DNA from: the human T2T-CHM13v2.0 reference genome, Homo sapiens
DNA length: 64,000 nt
Assembly (NCBI RefSeq): GCF_009914755.1
Contig: NC_060931.1
Direction: 5' to 3' (one strand)
The translations under genes and the position numbers were made by a program. Below, piece after piece: positions 61,921 through 64,000 of this stretch. Positions within the stretch are counted from its first letter, which is position 1, and each line of letters begins with the position of its first letter. The notes under the pieces are model-generated. The model saw nothing but the letters and a program-made list of their open reading frames with translations, did not search any database and had not been told where the DNA came from.

Positions 61921-63010
61921 TCATTGTTAAAGAAAATAGTCACTTATTCATTTCCGCCAAGAGATGTATATATCCCTTGAATCTGCATTAAAACATTCAG
62001 CTTCTCAAATCACTTTATTTTTCACTGTGAACACAACAGCATTGCAAAGTCCCACAAGTCCTGGTTGTTCCTGTCCTGGCCCTCCATGCTGCACGCCTCC
62101 CCAACACTGACCACATAAGCACAGGCTGCAGCTTCCTCTTTCCACCCTGCCAGCCTCTTCCCATGTGGGCTCCTTACTTCTGCTCCCAAGGAAATGCGTA
62201 TCACTCAGGCTATCCATGTTAACCGTCTCATTGCTGGATTCAGTTCTGAGTCTCATCTGCTACTGTCAAGTTCCCTAATTGTCTAAAAAGCTCATTTCTA
62301 TGTTCTAAGTCTGCATAGTATTCAGAGAGGGCAGTCTGCAGTTTCTAATCTGCAAGGACAACTGCTTCTCATCCCCCAAGCTGGTGGGAGGCACAACCTT
62401 GGATGCACACTTCAGCTCTGCTTGTGATCCCCTTGAATGAAGGAGCTGAGCCTATAGGGGGAAAGCATTCGTTCACATGGCAGCAACTCAACACCAAGGA
62501 CTCGCATTTATGCTCAGAAAAATGCCACGAGGTAGTGCAAAAGCTGTCTTGTGATTTAATAGGTACAGCAGAAGAAACAGTGGGCTGGAGAAAGAACGTC
62601 ACATATGGCCCATGCTGACCTCCCTCTCCCCACACGGTGCTTACTGAAATGTCCCACAGTGAAATGTGAAGTGAGTTTACTGAATATTTATTTGCAACTG
62701 AAGTGTCCTTGGGTATAGTAAATGGAAATTTTCTCTAGCTTTAGAATTGCTAATAAAAGCATTTTAGGATTCAGGAGCTAAGGCAGTTTCAGGAAGCTGC
62801 CAGCAGGTGATAATCAGGTGCCATCCCTACAGCTGATGTGACATTTTTCTCTCACCAGATTAATTTATTGATAACTACATCTAAGAGCATAAGTTCCATG
62901 AGGTAGTGAGTCCTGTGTGTCATCTCCATTGCTCTGGCCCCAGTGCCAGGCACAGGCCCAGGCACATTGTGAGTGCTGGAAAAACAGGATTTGAATGAAT
63001 GAGTGAATGA

Positions 63011-63375
<365 letters not shown>

Positions 63376-64000
63376 CTGTACATCAGTTTTTAACTGTGGT
63401 TGCTCATAATATGGAACTTAGTAAGAAATTCAGACTTACTGAGTCAGACTGTAAGGAGGTGAAGTCTGGAACTGATATTTTGCTGAAATTTCTGAAGAAA
63501 TCGAGTTCACAGAGATAAGTAATTTTGCCCCAAAGCACACAGCTAGTTACCATCAGGGTCTAGTCTAAAGTCCCAGGTGTGTCACCTCCTAGACGTATGC
63601 TTCCTCCACTAGACGTTCAACCAACATGCTTGGACTCCATCTGTTCCCACGCCTCAACCCTCAGACTCTGACAGTTACTGTGTACCGAACGATCAGTGGG
63701 CTGACACCACCCCACTCTGCCCAGGGAGAACTACCGCTGTGGATGAACTTCCTTTTAAATAGTGGGGAGTTAAAATTGGTTTGTATTTTACAATCATAGA
63801 TAATGTGTTATAAATCTTAATATTTTTCACCCATGAAAAAATACTGTTTTGCTTTAAAAATACAAAGCTCACCTCAAACTTTTCTAGAGTGGAAGGCTAG
63901 ATTGCATTTTTAGAGGACCCTTGGCCTTGCTTCATGCAGTCCTCCAGGAAATAGATTTAACGTCTGTCCCTCCATGCCTCCACTTAATGCTTCCTGTAGA

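Overview
Human (primate) genomic DNA, rich in Alu, L1 and LTR repeats. The ORF track misses the real gene because it is spliced. Reading AG/GT boundaries by eye gives seven phase-consistent + strand coding exons (8878-8954, 13267-13405, 15257-15324, 19302-19343, 20443-20550, 30610-30717, 38249-38372). They join into a stop-free 666-nt frame (221 aa + TAG), followed by AATAAA at 38436. I recognise the peptide from memory as the C-terminal half of SPMIP7 (SPATA48/C7orf72, 7p12.2); the 5' exons lie upstream of the window. The last ~25 kb is intergenic and, from knowledge of the locus, lies on the way to IKZF1; it carries several dense immune/haematopoietic transcription-factor motif clusters. Nearly all listed ORFs are repeat or low-complexity artefacts. 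I find no clear evidence of a new biological system. The most unusual sequence-level signals are a ~104-bp non-transposon inverted duplication in an intron, a two-unit GC-rich minisatellite full of donor-like motifs next to a 3'-end CpG cluster, splice-site oddities at two exons, and candidate distal enhancers. Repeat subfamily names come from recalled consensus sequences, and boundaries of old repeats are approximate.
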